A DNA stretch of 64,000 nt, taken from the NCBI GenBank assembly GCA_013177825.1, contig JABLXX010000004.1, forward strand, positions 22,349 to 86,348, read 5' to 3'. The notes under the pieces were generated by a model that worked only from the letters and a program-made list of their open reading frames with translations, did no database searches and was not told the DNA's origin. The translations under genes were made by a program, and so were the position numbers. Numbering within the stretch: position 1 is the first letter of the stretch; the number at the start of each line of letters is the position of its first letter. This document shows positions 28,698-38,037 of this stretch, piece by piece. Source of the DNA: Syntrophaceae bacterium. Lineage in GTDB: Bacteria; Desulfobacterota; Syntrophia; Syntrophales; PHBD01.

Positions 28698-29480
28698 ATG
28701 ATTCGTTCTCTATGGATCGCCGCTACCGGGATGCAGGCCCAGCAAATGGAGCAGGATGTCATTGCCAACAACCTCGCCAACGTGAACACGGTCGGCTTCA
28801 AGAAGTCCCGCATCGACTTTCAGGACCTGATGTATCAGATTTCGTCGCAGTCGGGCTCGGAGACCTCGGCGGGGGTGCAGCTGCCCTCGGGCATTCAGAT
28901 CGGCCTGGGCGTCAAGGTTGTCGCGGTGTCCAAGAATTTCACCCAGGGCGACTACCAGCAGACAGGCAATTCCTTCGATTGGGCCATCGAGGGAAGCGGC
29001 TTTTACCAGCTGGATAACAACGGTAGCACGGCCTATACCCGGGCCGGGAGCTTCAAGCTCGACAAGGATGGTTACCTCTGCAATCCCGAAGGGTTAAGGC
29101 TTGTTCCAAACGTCCAGGTGCCGTCGACCGCCGTCAGCTTCACCATCGACAGCGGCGGGACGTGGTCTTATTCGGACAGCAGCGGGGCGTCGACGACAGG
29201 GGGACGAATCACTCTGGCCCGGTTCATCAATCCCGCGGGCCTTGCCAGCATGGGCCGCAACCTCTTCACCACGTCCAATAGCTCGGGCGAAGCCATTGTC
29301 AGCAATCCCGGGGAGGACGGGTGCGGGACCATCACCCAGCAGTACCTGGAAATGTCGAACGTCAACGTCATCGACGAGATGGTGAAGATGATCGCCGGGC
29401 AGCGGGCCTACGAGATCAACTCCAAGGCTATCCAGACGGCGGACGACATGCTGCAGGTCGCCAACAACATCAAGCAGTAG
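28698..29480 (+). CDS. flgG: Flagellar distal rod protein FlgG
   Basis: 260 aa. MIRSLWIAATGMQAQQMEQDVIANNLANVNTVGFKKSR and LEMSNVNVIDEMVKMIAGQRAYEINSKAIQTADDML. Confidence 0.95.
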   Translation: MIRSLWIAATGMQAQQMEQDVIANNLANVNTVGFKKSRIDFQDLMYQISSQSGSETSAGVQLPSGIQIGLGVKVVAVSKNFTQGDYQQTGNSFDWAIEGSGFYQLDNNGSTAYTRAGSFKLDKDGYLCNPEGLRLVPNVQVPSTAVSFTIDSGGTWSYSDSSGASTTGGRITLARFINPAGLASMGRNLFTTSNSSGEAIVSNPGEDGCGTITQQYLEMSNVNVIDEMVKMIAGQRAYEINSKAIQTADDMLQVANNIKQ

Positions 29481-29482
29481 GG

Positions 29483-30226
29483 ATGAACATGACATACCGG
29501 ACGATACGCTTCTATTCGGCAGTCCTGATCGTGGCAACGGTCTTTATCATCGCGAGCGCAGGGCCGCTCCGGGCGTCTTCGCGGACCGTCCGGGTCGGTG
29601 CCGGGCAGATCCATGATGCCGTCCGCCAGGCCGTGACGAGTCAGAACACGGAGTCCCGAGAGACCTTCCGCGTGATCTTTCCCCGCCCGGCGCAGGAGAT
29701 GCAGGTGGAGGGGGAAAATATTTCCCGGGAAGTGGTCGTCGTACAGGGAAATCCGTTCCTCGGTTACGCACAGTATGCCGTCCGGCTCTATGAGAAAGGG
29801 GTCCTGCTGGCGGAGCAGAGGGTGTCCGTTGTGATCGAGGTCCAGCGGGAAGTCCTTATGAGCGCCCGAGCCCTCGGCCGCAATACGCAAATCGGTACGG
29901 AGGACATCCAGGTGATGAAACGCTGGGTCCGGCGCATCCCGACCCAGGCGGTCACGGATGCCGAGAGTGCCGTCGGCAAGATGCTGCGGGTCAACGTGGC
30001 CCCGCACACGGAGATCACCCGGTCGATGCTTCGCGAGGTGCCTGTCGTGCGCAGGGGAGCGCCGGTCCGGATTGTTTATGAAAACGGACCGATGCGCATC
30101 GTGACCCTCGGCGTGAGCGAGGAAGACGGACCGGACGGAGGCATGGTCCGGGTCAGGAACACCACCTCCCGGAAGATCCTTCATGCCCGGGTCATCGGGG
30201 ATTCCACGGTTCAACTCGTTTTTTAG
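29483..30226 (+). CDS. flgA: Flagellar P-ring assembly chaperone FlgA
   Basis: ATG at 29483. Signal peptide. SAF/ChapFlgA-like C-terminus PVVRRGAPVRIVYENGPMRIVTLGVSEEDGPDGGMVRVRNTTSRKILHARV. Confidence 0.85.
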   Translation: MNMTYRTIRFYSAVLIVATVFIIASAGPLRASSRTVRVGAGQIHDAVRQAVTSQNTESRETFRVIFPRPAQEMQVEGENISREVVVVQGNPFLGYAQYAVRLYEKGVLLAEQRVSVVIEVQREVLMSARALGRNTQIGTEDIQVMKRWVRRIPTQAVTDAESAVGKMLRVNVAPHTEITRSMLREVPVVRRGAPVRIVYENGPMRIVTLGVSEEDGPDGGMVRVRNTTSRKILHARVIGDSTVQLVF

Positions 30227-30236
30227 GAGGTTCCCC

Positions 30237-30971
30237 ATGTGGTTATTGCCGGGACGTCGTGCGAAGGGATTCCTGCTTGCCGGCGTATTCTGCGGGTTGA
30301 TTCTGACGGGCTGTTCGCTCGTGACCAAACCGGACGCGATCCTGGAGGATGCACCTCCGGCCCCGGTTCACCGGGCGCCGCCGCCCGTATCGCCCGTGTC
30401 GTATGTGTCGCCGGGATCGATCTGGCCCGGGGCCAACAGCCACAACATGCTCTTCACGGACAAGAAGGCCATTGCCGTGAACGATATCGTGACCATCATC
30501 GTGGAAGAAACCGCCACCGGCGCAAACAAGGGAACAACGAACACGTCACGGGACGGCAAGTCGGAATTCGGCGTCAGCGCCCTCCTGGGGATCGAGTCCT
30601 CCATTCTCCAGAAGAATACAAACATGGGGGAATCCATCTCCGTCGGCGGTACGAGCACCAACACGATGAAGGGAACGGGCGACACGACCCGCGGCGGGAG
30701 CCTCCAGGCCCGAATTACGGCCCGGGTGATCAAGGTTTACGAGAACGGCAACCTCTACATCGAGGGACGGAGGATGCTGACGGTCAACGCGGAAGACCAG
30801 TATCTGGTGCTGACCGGCATCATCCGGCCCGAGGACATTACGTCGGACAACACCATATCGTCAAAATATATCGCCGATGCGAGGATTGTCTATACGGGAC
30901 GGGGCGTTGTGGACGAGAAAATGCGTCCCGGCTGGCTGAGCAGGGCCCTGGACTATGTCTGGCCCTTCTGA
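30237..30971 (+). CDS. flgH: Flagellar L-ring lipoprotein FlgH
   Basis: Lipobox LILTGCS. LFTDKKAIAVNDIVTIIVEE and NLYIEGRRMLTVNAEDQYLVLTGIIRPEDI motifs. Confidence 0.95.
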   Translation: MWLLPGRRAKGFLLAGVFCGLILTGCSLVTKPDAILEDAPPAPVHRAPPPVSPVSYVSPGSIWPGANSHNMLFTDKKAIAVNDIVTIIVEETATGANKGTTNTSRDGKSEFGVSALLGIESSILQKNTNMGESISVGGTSTNTMKGTGDTTRGGSLQARITARVIKVYENGNLYIEGRRMLTVNAEDQYLVLTGIIRPEDITSDNTISSKYIADARIVYTGRGVVDEKMRPGWLSRALDYVWPF

Positions 30972-30984
30972 CAGGAGAAAAACC

Positions 30985-32166
30985 ATGCTGGATAACGGAA
31001 CATGGAGATGGATCGGGGCCTTTGTCCTTCTGGCCGTTCTTTTTCTGCCCTGCGCCGGATCGGCCGCCCGTCTCAAGGACATTGCGGCGATCGGTGGCGT
31101 GCGGGAAAACCAGCTCTTCGGTTACGGCCTCGTGGTCGGTCTCATGGGGACGGGGGACGACGTGAAAAACGGTTTCACCCGCGACACGATCGCCAACCTG
31201 CTGAGCCGCCAGGGGCTGGCCATGCGCGACAAGACGTCCACCCTGAAGGCGAAGAACGTCGCCGCCGTCATGGTGACGGCCAACCTGCCCCGTTTCGCCA
31301 AAACGGGAAGCCGGATGGATGTTACGGTTTCCTCCCTCGGCGACGCCACCAGCCTGCAGGGCGGAACCCTGCTCATGACTCCCCTGAAGGGGGCGGACGG
31401 GGAAGTGTATGCCGTGGCCCAGGGAGCGGTAGCCATCGGCGGGTTCAGCGCCTCGGGCGGAGGCGCCTCAGCCGTCAAGAACCAAACGAACGTCGGGATC
31501 ATCTCCAACGGGGCCTTTGTGGAGAAAGAGGTCCGCTTTGATTTCGAACGCTCGAAAATGCTGACCGTCAATCTGTATCAGCCGGATTTCACGACGGTCA
31601 GTCGCGTGTCCGCAGCCCTGAGCAAGTCCATCAGCGGGATTGATGCGAAGCTCAAGGACGCCTCGACCGTCGTGATCCAGGTCCCCGCATCCTTTGCCGG
31701 AAGCGTTGTCGAACTGGCCACGGCCATCGAGAACATCGAGGTGAACGTCGATACGCCGGCGGTGGTCGTGCTGAACGAAAAGACCGGCACCGTTGTCATG
31801 GGCGAAAACGTCCGGATATCCACGGTCGCGGTGGCCCACGGCAACCTGAGCATCCAGATCAAGGAGACCCCCGTCATCTCGCAGCCCCTCCCGTTTGCAC
31901 CGCAGGCCGGTCCGGGCGCCCAGCCGTTCGTGAACCGGAAGGACGGGACGATCATCGCGCCGGGCGGGCAGACCGTGGTGGCGAAGGACACGGCGATCGG
32001 CATAACCGAGGAGAAGAAACAGCTTATGCTGGTGCCCAGGGCCGTCACCATTCAGGAGATGGTCCAGGCCCTCAACGCGATCGGCGTCACGCCCCGGGAC
32101 CTGATTACGATCCTTCAGGCCATCAAGGCCGCCGGGGCGCTCCAGGCGGAGCTGAAACTCATCTGA
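30985..32166 (+). CDS. flgI: Flagellar P-ring protein FlgI
   Basis: Signal peptide. RLKDIAAIGGVRENQLFGYGLVVGLMGTGD and C-terminal MVQALNAIGVTPRDLITILQAIKAAGALQAEL. Confidence 0.95.
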   Translation: MLDNGTWRWIGAFVLLAVLFLPCAGSAARLKDIAAIGGVRENQLFGYGLVVGLMGTGDDVKNGFTRDTIANLLSRQGLAMRDKTSTLKAKNVAAVMVTANLPRFAKTGSRMDVTVSSLGDATSLQGGTLLMTPLKGADGEVYAVAQGAVAIGGFSASGGGASAVKNQTNVGIISNGAFVEKEVRFDFERSKMLTVNLYQPDFTTVSRVSAALSKSISGIDAKLKDASTVVIQVPASFAGSVVELATAIENIEVNVDTPAVVVLNEKTGTVVMGENVRISTVAVAHGNLSIQIKETPVISQPLPFAPQAGPGAQPFVNRKDGTIIAPGGQTVVAKDTAIGITEEKKQLMLVPRAVTIQEMVQALNAIGVTPRDLITILQAIKAAGALQAELKLI

Positions 32167-32185
32167 TCGGGAAGGAAGCGAAACC

Positions 32186-32509
32186 ATGGACAAGGTAACG
32201 GGGGCTTCCCTTCAGACCGCCGGAAGTGCGGGCGGGAAAACCGGCGCCGCAGGAACGGATGCGGCGGTGGCGCGCGACAAGAAACTTCGCAAGGCCTGCG
32301 CCGATTTCGAAGCGGTCATGACGTACCAGATGCTCAAGACCATGCGTCGTACCGCTCCTTCCCTGACGTCCATCACCAAGTATCCGGGAAAGGAAACCTA
32401 TGATATGATGATGGACCAGAAGGTGGCGGAAGAGCTTTCCCGGCGTGGAAAAGGCCTGGGAATCCAGGATCTCCTTTACCGGCAGCTCAAGGGAAAGGTC
32501 GCTCCCTGA
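32186..32509 (+). CDS. flgJ: FlgJ-like rod-binding domain protein (no peptidoglycan hydrolase domain)
   Basis: 107 aa. KLRKACADFEAVMTYQMLKTMRRT...MMMDQKVAEELSRRGKGLGIQDLLYRQL matches the Rod-binding domain. The gene stops after this domain. Confidence 0.85.
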   Translation: MDKVTGASLQTAGSAGGKTGAAGTDAAVARDKKLRKACADFEAVMTYQMLKTMRRTAPSLTSITKYPGKETYDMMMDQKVAEELSRRGKGLGIQDLLYRQLKGKVAP

Positions 32510-32528
32510 AGGGAGGAAAAATTTTCCC

Positions 32529-32556
32529 TAAAGTGCCGGCGCCTTTCTGCCGATAA
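32529..32556 (+). promoter_or_regulatory. Sigma28 (FliA) promoter upstream of flgM
   Basis: TAAAgtgccggcgcctttctGCCGATAA. -35 TAAA, 16-nt spacer, and a perfect GCCGATAA -10. Lies 31 nt upstream of the flgM ATG. Confidence 0.85.
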
Positions 32557-32586
32557 GAATGACAAAATGAAGATCAGGGGCATCCC

Positions 32587-32895
32587 ATGAAGATCAACGA
32601 CACGAATTCACAGACCGCACAGGTCATTTCGTCCTATGCCCGTGGCGAGACGACCCGGCCCAACCCGGAGAAATCGGCCGAGGGGACGGTACCGGTTCCC
32701 CAGGAACGCATCGATCTTTCCGGAAAGGCTAAGGAAGTTCTTCAGTTGCAGAAGGCGGTCACCGAAGCACCCGAGGTCCGTGAAGACAGGGTGAACGAAC
32801 TGAAGGCCCGCATCGAAAGCGGTAATTATAACGTCTCGGCGGGAGATATCGCCTCCAAGATTGTCGGCGATACCCTGACGGACCTGATTCGCTGA
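32587..32895 (+). CDS. flgM: Anti-sigma28 factor FlgM
   Basis: 102 aa. C-terminal VREDRVNELKARIESGNYNVSAGDIASKIV is the FlgM signature. Confidence 0.85.
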   Translation: MKINDTNSQTAQVISSYARGETTRPNPEKSAEGTVPVPQERIDLSGKAKEVLQLQKAVTEAPEVREDRVNELKARIESGNYNVSAGDIASKIVGDTLTDLIR

Positions 32896-33024
32896 GGAAA
32901 ATTTTTCCTCGAAAACAGCCCCCCTCCGCCTCCTGAGGCCCCGATTGGAAGGGTCTTGGGAGGCGCCCACCGCTGACCGTCGCGCTGGACCGGATTTCCC
33001 GCCGACCCGACCCTCCGGCTTCCC

Positions 33025-33040
33025 TGGTACGCCCCTTGCA
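33025..33040 (+). promoter_or_regulatory. Sigma54 -24/-12 promoter upstream of flgN-flgK-flgL
   Basis: TGGTACgccccTTGCA is an exact consensus spacing. It sits in the 222-nt flgM-flgN gap. Confidence 0.8.
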
Positions 33041-33117
33041 ATGCTTTGGATGAATCTCGAAGATCCGGAAGATTTTCGGGAAGAGAACGATCAACAACAG
33101 AAGGGGTGAATCGCATC

Positions 33118-33660
33118 ATGAACGGTCCTGCACTCGACGACGCCCGCACGAAAAAGCGTTTTCTCGAAGTTCTTCCACTACTCATCTCCAATCTGCAGGA
33201 TGAATTGACGAAGATCGAAGCCCTGCACTCCTGCCTGACCCGGGAGAGAGAGATCCTGCGCGGAGGTTCTCCACAGGCCCTGTTTGGGAGCAATGATGAA
33301 AAGGAACGGATTTTCGCGGAACTGGCGGCGATCCGGTCTCTCCGGGCACCCATTATGATGGAACTGTCCGATCTATCGGGAATTCCTTCGGATCAGGTGA
33401 CGGTTTCGATGCTGGCCTCCCTGGCATCCGGTCCGGTCCGGAGGGACCTGACGACTCTCCGGCAGAGGTTCGGTCCACTGGCAGACGAGATTCGGGCGCT
33501 CAACATCAGGAACCGGGGCCTGATCGAAAATTCCCGCCGGTACGTCAAGAACTGGCTCACATTTCTCCTGAACGCCGCCGCCAGCGCTCCCTGTTACGCA
33601 AAATCCGGGGCGGTTCCCCAGGCGGGGATAAAGGGGCGGTTCTTCCGCACGGAGGGTTAA
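33118..33660 (+). CDS. flgN: FlgN-family export chaperone (for FlgK/FlgL)
   Basis: About 180 aa helical protein (LEVLPLLISNLQDELTKIEALHSCLTREREIL...). Position immediately upstream of flgK. The call rests on pattern and synteny. Confidence 0.6.
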   Translation: MNGPALDDARTKKRFLEVLPLLISNLQDELTKIEALHSCLTREREILRGGSPQALFGSNDEKERIFAELAAIRSLRAPIMMELSDLSGIPSDQVTVSMLASLASGPVRRDLTTLRQRFGPLADEIRALNIRNRGLIENSRRYVKNWLTFLLNAAASAPCYAKSGAVPQAGIKGRFFRTEG

Positions 33661-33663
33661 GCG

Positions 33664-35022
33664 ATGGCGATCAGTTCCCTGCTGAACATTTCCAGAGACG
33701 CCATGATGACCTATCAGGGGGCCATCACGATCACCGGCTCCAACATCGCCAACGTCAATAACGCGAAATACACCGTCCAGCGGGCGGTCATCTCGGCAAC
33801 CAGCGACGGAGCCAGCGTCAGTGCCGATGTCACCCGGGTTTACGACCATTACATCGAGAACCAGATCATCGACGAGACAACGACCGGAGGATACTGGGAT
33901 ACCCGGAGCGGGATCCTGGGTCAGGTGGAGGTTCTCTTCGACGAGACGGCCGATGCGGGGATCACGACGGACCTGGAGGCCTTCTGGGATTCCTGGTCCG
34001 ACCTGGCACAGAACCCGACGGGACTGGTGGAGCAGAACGCCGTCGTCTCGGCGGCGGACACCCTGGCCTCGGACATCCGGGACAAGTACCAGTCTCTTCA
34101 GTCCATCCTGTCGGGCGTCAACGAAAGCATCACCGAGTCGGTGGATACGATCAACACCCTGGCGGCCGACATCGCCACTCTGAACCAGGACATTGTAGCC
34201 GCGGGCCCGGACGGGGTCGGGGTGAACGCGCTGATCGACAAGCGGGACGCCGCGCTCAAGGACCTGGCGGAACTCATTCCGATTCAGTCCGTCCGGAGCG
34301 ACAACGGATCCGTCAGTGTGTTCCTCGCCGACGGGGAGATGCTGGTCGGCACCACGTCGTCCCGATCGCTCGCCGTCAGCGCGGCGGGGGACATTACATT
34401 CGAAGGCAACGCAACACCGTTGACCGGCCGGATCACCGGCGGCAGACTGGGAGCACTCCTGGAACTGAGGGACGAAACGCTGCCGGGATACATGAGCAGC
34501 CTGGACACGCTGGCCGCCGCTGTCATCAGCCAGGTGAACACGCTGCACGGAAGCGGCGTGGATGAGACCGGCGCGGCCGTCGTGGGCCGCCTCTTCTTTG
34601 CGGATACGCCCGTCGGCGCCTCGGCGGCCCTGACCATGACCGTGGACGGCAGCATCCTCAGCGATCCCACGACCATCGTCGCCTCCCAGACCGTTGCAGG
34701 GGACGGAGCGGTGGCCAAGGCGATTGCCGCCCTCCAGAGCCAGGACATCGTAACGAGCGGTACGCAACAGGTAACGGCCAGTGAATACTGGGCCTCAACC
34801 GTATCGACGGTGGGGAGCGACATCTCGCTCAGTGAACAGAAGGCGGATCAGTCGGCCGCCGTCATGACGCAGCTTGAAAGCAGGCGGGCGAGCGTGTCCG
34901 GGGTCTCTCTGGACGAGGAAATGATCATGCTGATCCAGTATCAGCTGGGCTACTCTGCAGCCGGACAGCTGTGCAGCACGGCCCAGGATATACTCGATAC
35001 GCTGATGGGCATCGTACAATAG
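33664..35022 (+). CDS. flgK: Hook-associated protein 1 FlgK
   Basis: 452 aa. N-terminal LLNISRDAMMTYQGAITITGSNIANVNNAKY and C-terminal SGVSLDEEMIMLIQYQLGYSAAGQLCSTAQDILDTLM. Confidence 0.9.
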   Translation: MAISSLLNISRDAMMTYQGAITITGSNIANVNNAKYTVQRAVISATSDGASVSADVTRVYDHYIENQIIDETTTGGYWDTRSGILGQVEVLFDETADAGITTDLEAFWDSWSDLAQNPTGLVEQNAVVSAADTLASDIRDKYQSLQSILSGVNESITESVDTINTLAADIATLNQDIVAAGPDGVGVNALIDKRDAALKDLAELIPIQSVRSDNGSVSVFLADGEMLVGTTSSRSLAVSAAGDITFEGNATPLTGRITGGRLGALLELRDETLPGYMSSLDTLAAAVISQVNTLHGSGVDETGAAVVGRLFFADTPVGASAALTMTVDGSILSDPTTIVASQTVAGDGAVAKAIAALQSQDIVTSGTQQVTASEYWASTVSTVGSDISLSEQKADQSAAVMTQLESRRASVSGVSLDEEMIMLIQYQLGYSAAGQLCSTAQDILDTLMGIVQ

Positions 35023-35033
35023 GAGGCAATCCA

Positions 35034-35936
35034 ATGACCCTGCGCATCACGGAAGGAGTCCGGTATCAGACGACCCTGGCCAGCATGAAATCGGCCCAGA
35101 CGGGAACGACCGATATCGTGGAGCAGTTGAGCACGGGAAAGCGGATCAACCATCCCTCCGACGATCCCTCGGGAACCGAGAACCTCATGGTGTGGGATTC
35201 CGCCCGGAGTGAAATCGCCCAGTATCAGAGCCAGATCTCCTCGACGGATCTCTGGCTCCGGACGACCGACCTGGTCCTGGGGCGCGTCGGGGACCTGGTC
35301 GAACAGGCTGCCGACCTTGCAGCGGGAAACGTCTCTTCCGATTCCGTGCAGAGAGGAATCGCAGCCGACGCCATTGAAACGATCAAAACGGAACTTCTGA
35401 GTCTGGCAAATGAAAAGTGCGGAGACCGCTATCTTTTTGCCGGGACCGGTGCGGACGAGGCCGCCTTTTCCGTAACGACGGATGCCTTCGGCAACGAAAC
35501 CTTCACCTATGAAGGCAATGACGACGGCCTCACCGTCGCCATCGGCAGGCAGTCGACCCTGGAGTACAGTACCACGGGGTCCGACGTTTTCTACCTGAAC
35601 GGCCAGAGCGTCTTCCAGGTCCTGGCGGATCTGACGGCTGCCCTCGCGAGCGGCGATTCCGCCGCGATCGGCCAGGGCGCAGACGATCTCGAGGCGCTTT
35701 CGACCCGGGTCCTTGAGGCCCAGTCCGTCAACGGCGTCCGGCAGGAGCGGCTGGAGTCGGCAAAGGCATACCTGACGAACCTCGATGCAAAGCTGGCCGA
35801 CCTGGTGGATGAGACCGAGACCGCCGACACGTCAGAGCTGGCCATCCAGTTCAGCCAGCAGGAGCTTGCTCTCGAGGCCTCCTACAAGCTGGCCTCCCGG
35901 GTGAATGAAATATCGATCCTGGATTTCATGAAATAG
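35034..35936 (+). CDS. flgL: Hook-associated protein 3 FlgL
   Basis: ATG at 35034. MTLRITEGVRYQT...QLSTGKRINHPSDDPSG is a flagellin-N-like domain. C-terminal ELAIQFSQQELALEASYKLASRV. Confidence 0.85.
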   Translation: MTLRITEGVRYQTTLASMKSAQTGTTDIVEQLSTGKRINHPSDDPSGTENLMVWDSARSEIAQYQSQISSTDLWLRTTDLVLGRVGDLVEQAADLAAGNVSSDSVQRGIAADAIETIKTELLSLANEKCGDRYLFAGTGADEAAFSVTTDAFGNETFTYEGNDDGLTVAIGRQSTLEYSTTGSDVFYLNGQSVFQVLADLTAALASGDSAAIGQGADDLEALSTRVLEAQSVNGVRQERLESAKAYLTNLDAKLADLVDETETADTSELAIQFSQQELALEASYKLASRVNEISILDFMK

Positions 35937-36002
35937 CCCCCGCCGTTCCTCCCCTTCTTTTTTTTCTAACCCGGAAAATCGCATCTTCCGTATCCCCCTC
36001 CC

Positions 36003-36041
36003 GCCGAAACGCGCCAGGTGCCCGTTTCGGCTTCGATTTTT
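36003..36041 (+). terminator. Rho-independent terminator after flgL
   Basis: Stem GCCGAAACG/CGTTTCGGC with an 11-nt loop, followed by the T-rich tail TTCGATTTTT. Confidence 0.65.
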
Positions 36042-36058
36042 CTGCTTTAAAAAATTCC

Positions 36059-36086
36059 CTCAAGTTTCCCCACCTGCATGTCGATA
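36059..36086 (+). promoter_or_regulatory. Candidate distal sigma28 promoter for flagellin 1
   Basis: TCAAGTTT-N12-GTCGATAG compared with TAAAGTTT-N11-GCCGATAA. It would give a leader of about 200 nt. Confidence 0.4.
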
Positions 36087-36247
36087 GGATGATCAAAAGG
36101 AATGGTGAGTCAACAAAACATGGTCACGGAAAGACGGAGACGAAAGAGAGAGGGGGTGGCGACACAGGGAATCCGGAAAATCTGGTAGCAGCGGCGGGAG
36201 AGGGTCCGACCGGACCCGGAGCAAGCAATCATCAGATCCAAAAAAAA

Positions 36248-36276
36248 TAAAAAAAGCCCGGCAAGAATGCCGGACA
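36248..36276 (+). promoter_or_regulatory. Candidate proximal sigma28-like promoter for flagellin 1
   Basis: TAAA-N17-GCCGGACA, with 6 of 8 matches in the -10. It shares the block CGGCAAGAATGCCG with the flagellin 2 promoter. Confidence 0.4.
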
Positions 36277-36301
36277 AAAAACCCAGAAAAGGAGAAAAAC
36301 C

Positions 36302-37108
36302 ATGTCTTCCAACACGATTCAGCTGTCTTCGGGAATGAGAAACACCCTGCTGAGCCTTCAGCAGACCAACAACCTGCTCAACCAGACGTCGGAGCGCCTC
36401 GCTACGGGCAAGAAGGTGAACAGCGCCCTGGACGACGCACTCAGTTACTTCACGGCTTCGTCCCACACGAGCCGCGCCAGCGATCTGTCCCAGCTCAAGG
36501 ACTCCATGGGTGAGGCCATCCAGACCATCAAGGCCGCCGACTCGGGTATCGAGGGGATCATCGATCTCATCGAGACCATGAAGGGCATCGCCAAGGACGC
36601 CTACTCCGCCACGGCATCGGAAGCCACCGACCTGGCGGCCCAGTATAACGCCATGGCGTCGCAGATCAGTGACTTGGCCGAAGATGCGAGCTATGGCGGA
36701 ATGAACCTCCTGGGCAGCGACACGCTGACGGTGGTCTTCAACGAGGCCGGCGACAACACGATGGGCGTGACAGGATTCGACGGAAGTGCGACCGGTCTCG
36801 GCATTGCCACGGGCGCCTTCGGCAGTTCCGGAGCAATCGGCAGCGCCATTTCGGAACTTGATGCGGCCCTGTCCACCCTGCGGACCAAGTCCCAGACCAT
36901 GTCGGCGAACCTGAGCGTCATCACGGCGCGGCAGGACTTTACCACGAACCTGATCAACGCCCTGACCGTGGGCGCCGATAACCTGACGGCGGCGGACACG
37001 AACGAAGAAGGAGCCAACATGCTGATGCTCCAGACCCGTCAGTCCCTCGGCACCACGTCCCTGAGCCTTGCCTCCCAGGCGGCCCAGTCGGTGCTGGCCC
37101 TGTTTTAA
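36302..37108 (+). CDS. fliC: Short flagellin (268 aa), copy 1
   Basis: N-terminal LLSLQQTNNLLNQTSERLATGKKVNSALDDA and C-terminal ADTNEEGANMLMLQTRQSLGTTSLSLASQAAQSVLALF. No large variable domain, like the ~270-aa flagellins of alphaproteobacteria. GGAG ribosome-binding site. Confidence 0.9.
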   Translation: MSSNTIQLSSGMRNTLLSLQQTNNLLNQTSERLATGKKVNSALDDALSYFTASSHTSRASDLSQLKDSMGEAIQTIKAADSGIEGIIDLIETMKGIAKDAYSATASEATDLAAQYNAMASQISDLAEDASYGGMNLLGSDTLTVVFNEAGDNTMGVTGFDGSATGLGIATGAFGSSGAIGSAISELDAALSTLRTKSQTMSANLSVITARQDFTTNLINALTVGADNLTAADTNEEGANMLMLQTRQSLGTTSLSLASQAAQSVLALF

Positions 37109-37213
37109 TCGACGGGGAGTTGACGATATAACGGAGCGGGGAAGCCAGGCAGAGGACGGACCCTCCCTCCACTGATAGAGACAGGCTTTCCCCGGATCTT
37201 GCAACCATTCAGC

Positions 37214-37239
37214 GACCGGGAGGCAACCGCCTCCCGGTC
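37214..37239 (+). other. Perfect 11-bp GC hairpin after flagellin 1 (no U-tail)
   Basis: GACCGGGAGGC-aacc-GCCTCCCGGTC. It is not followed by a T run. Possible mRNA 3'-stabiliser or leaky terminator. Confidence 0.5.
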
Positions 37240-37268
37240 GAGCACCCATTCATGGGGAAGGCGGAGCG

Positions 37269-37901
37269 ATGCACATTTCAACCCTTGACAGATACAGCGG
37301 TGCTGTCGACCAGACAGCCAAAGAGTCCGCGGTCGCCGCTCCTCCCGGTGAGACGAAGTCGAGAGGATCCGCTCAACCTGCTGCAAACGGAGGACAGCCC
37401 CATCTGCTCCTCCGCCAGGCAGAGGCGATCGATGCGATTTTCCAGGAGGCCGCTTCCAAGCTCGACCAGATGAAGGACTCCCTTCAGGGGATCTTCAAGA
37501 CGTATCCTCCCTATCCTCCCGGGAGTGAAGAGCGGGCGGAAAAACTGCAACAATACGACGCTCTCCGGAGGCAGATCGAGCAGCTCCGGCCCGAGACAAC
37601 CCCTGAACCGGATGCGGCGGAAGAAAAGTCCGCTTCCGAGCCCCTGCCGACTGCCCAGAAAATATGGGACCTCGCCTTTGATGAACAGGGACGGATCCGT
37701 ACCGTTTCCACGGACGAGGGAAATGCTTCAGGAACCGGAGGCAATCCCTGGCAGCTTCCCATTCTCCCCGAGAATGCTCCGGATGAAACGATCCGCGATA
37801 CCGCCGACCGGATCGGACGTCTGTCCGAGGCGGTGGAGCAGAAACGAAGCGAGTTCTGGTCTTTTCTCGAACCGTACGCGCTGGCCGACCTCTACGCCTG
37901 A
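37269..37901 (+). CDS. Hypothetical protein encoded between the two flagellin genes
   Basis: 210 aa. GGAGCG ribosome-binding site. Normal amino-acid composition. Contains FKTYPPYPPGSEERAEKLQQYDALRRQIEQL. No family recognised by eye. Confidence 0.55.
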   Translation: MHISTLDRYSGAVDQTAKESAVAAPPGETKSRGSAQPAANGGQPHLLLRQAEAIDAIFQEAASKLDQMKDSLQGIFKTYPPYPPGSEERAEKLQQYDALRRQIEQLRPETTPEPDAAEEKSASEPLPTAQKIWDLAFDEQGRIRTVSTDEGNASGTGGNPWQLPILPENAPDETIRDTADRIGRLSEAVEQKRSEFWSFLEPYALADLYA

Positions 37902-38037
37902 TTCCCCCGATTCGATCACCCCGGAATTTTCTTCCCTTTCCATTTCTGCCTGACGGCACTTTTTTCTCCTCACCGTCTCGTCGGCTAAGCCGCTTTGTAA
38001 ATCACAATCATATTAATAGTTTAAGTTCTTCCATCCT

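Noticed and set aside
32896-32915. GAGGAAAAtTTTTCCTC palindrome after the flgM stop, considered as a terminator.
   Set aside because: The AT-rich stem has an essentially zero-length loop. Predicted stability is low and there is no clear U-tail.
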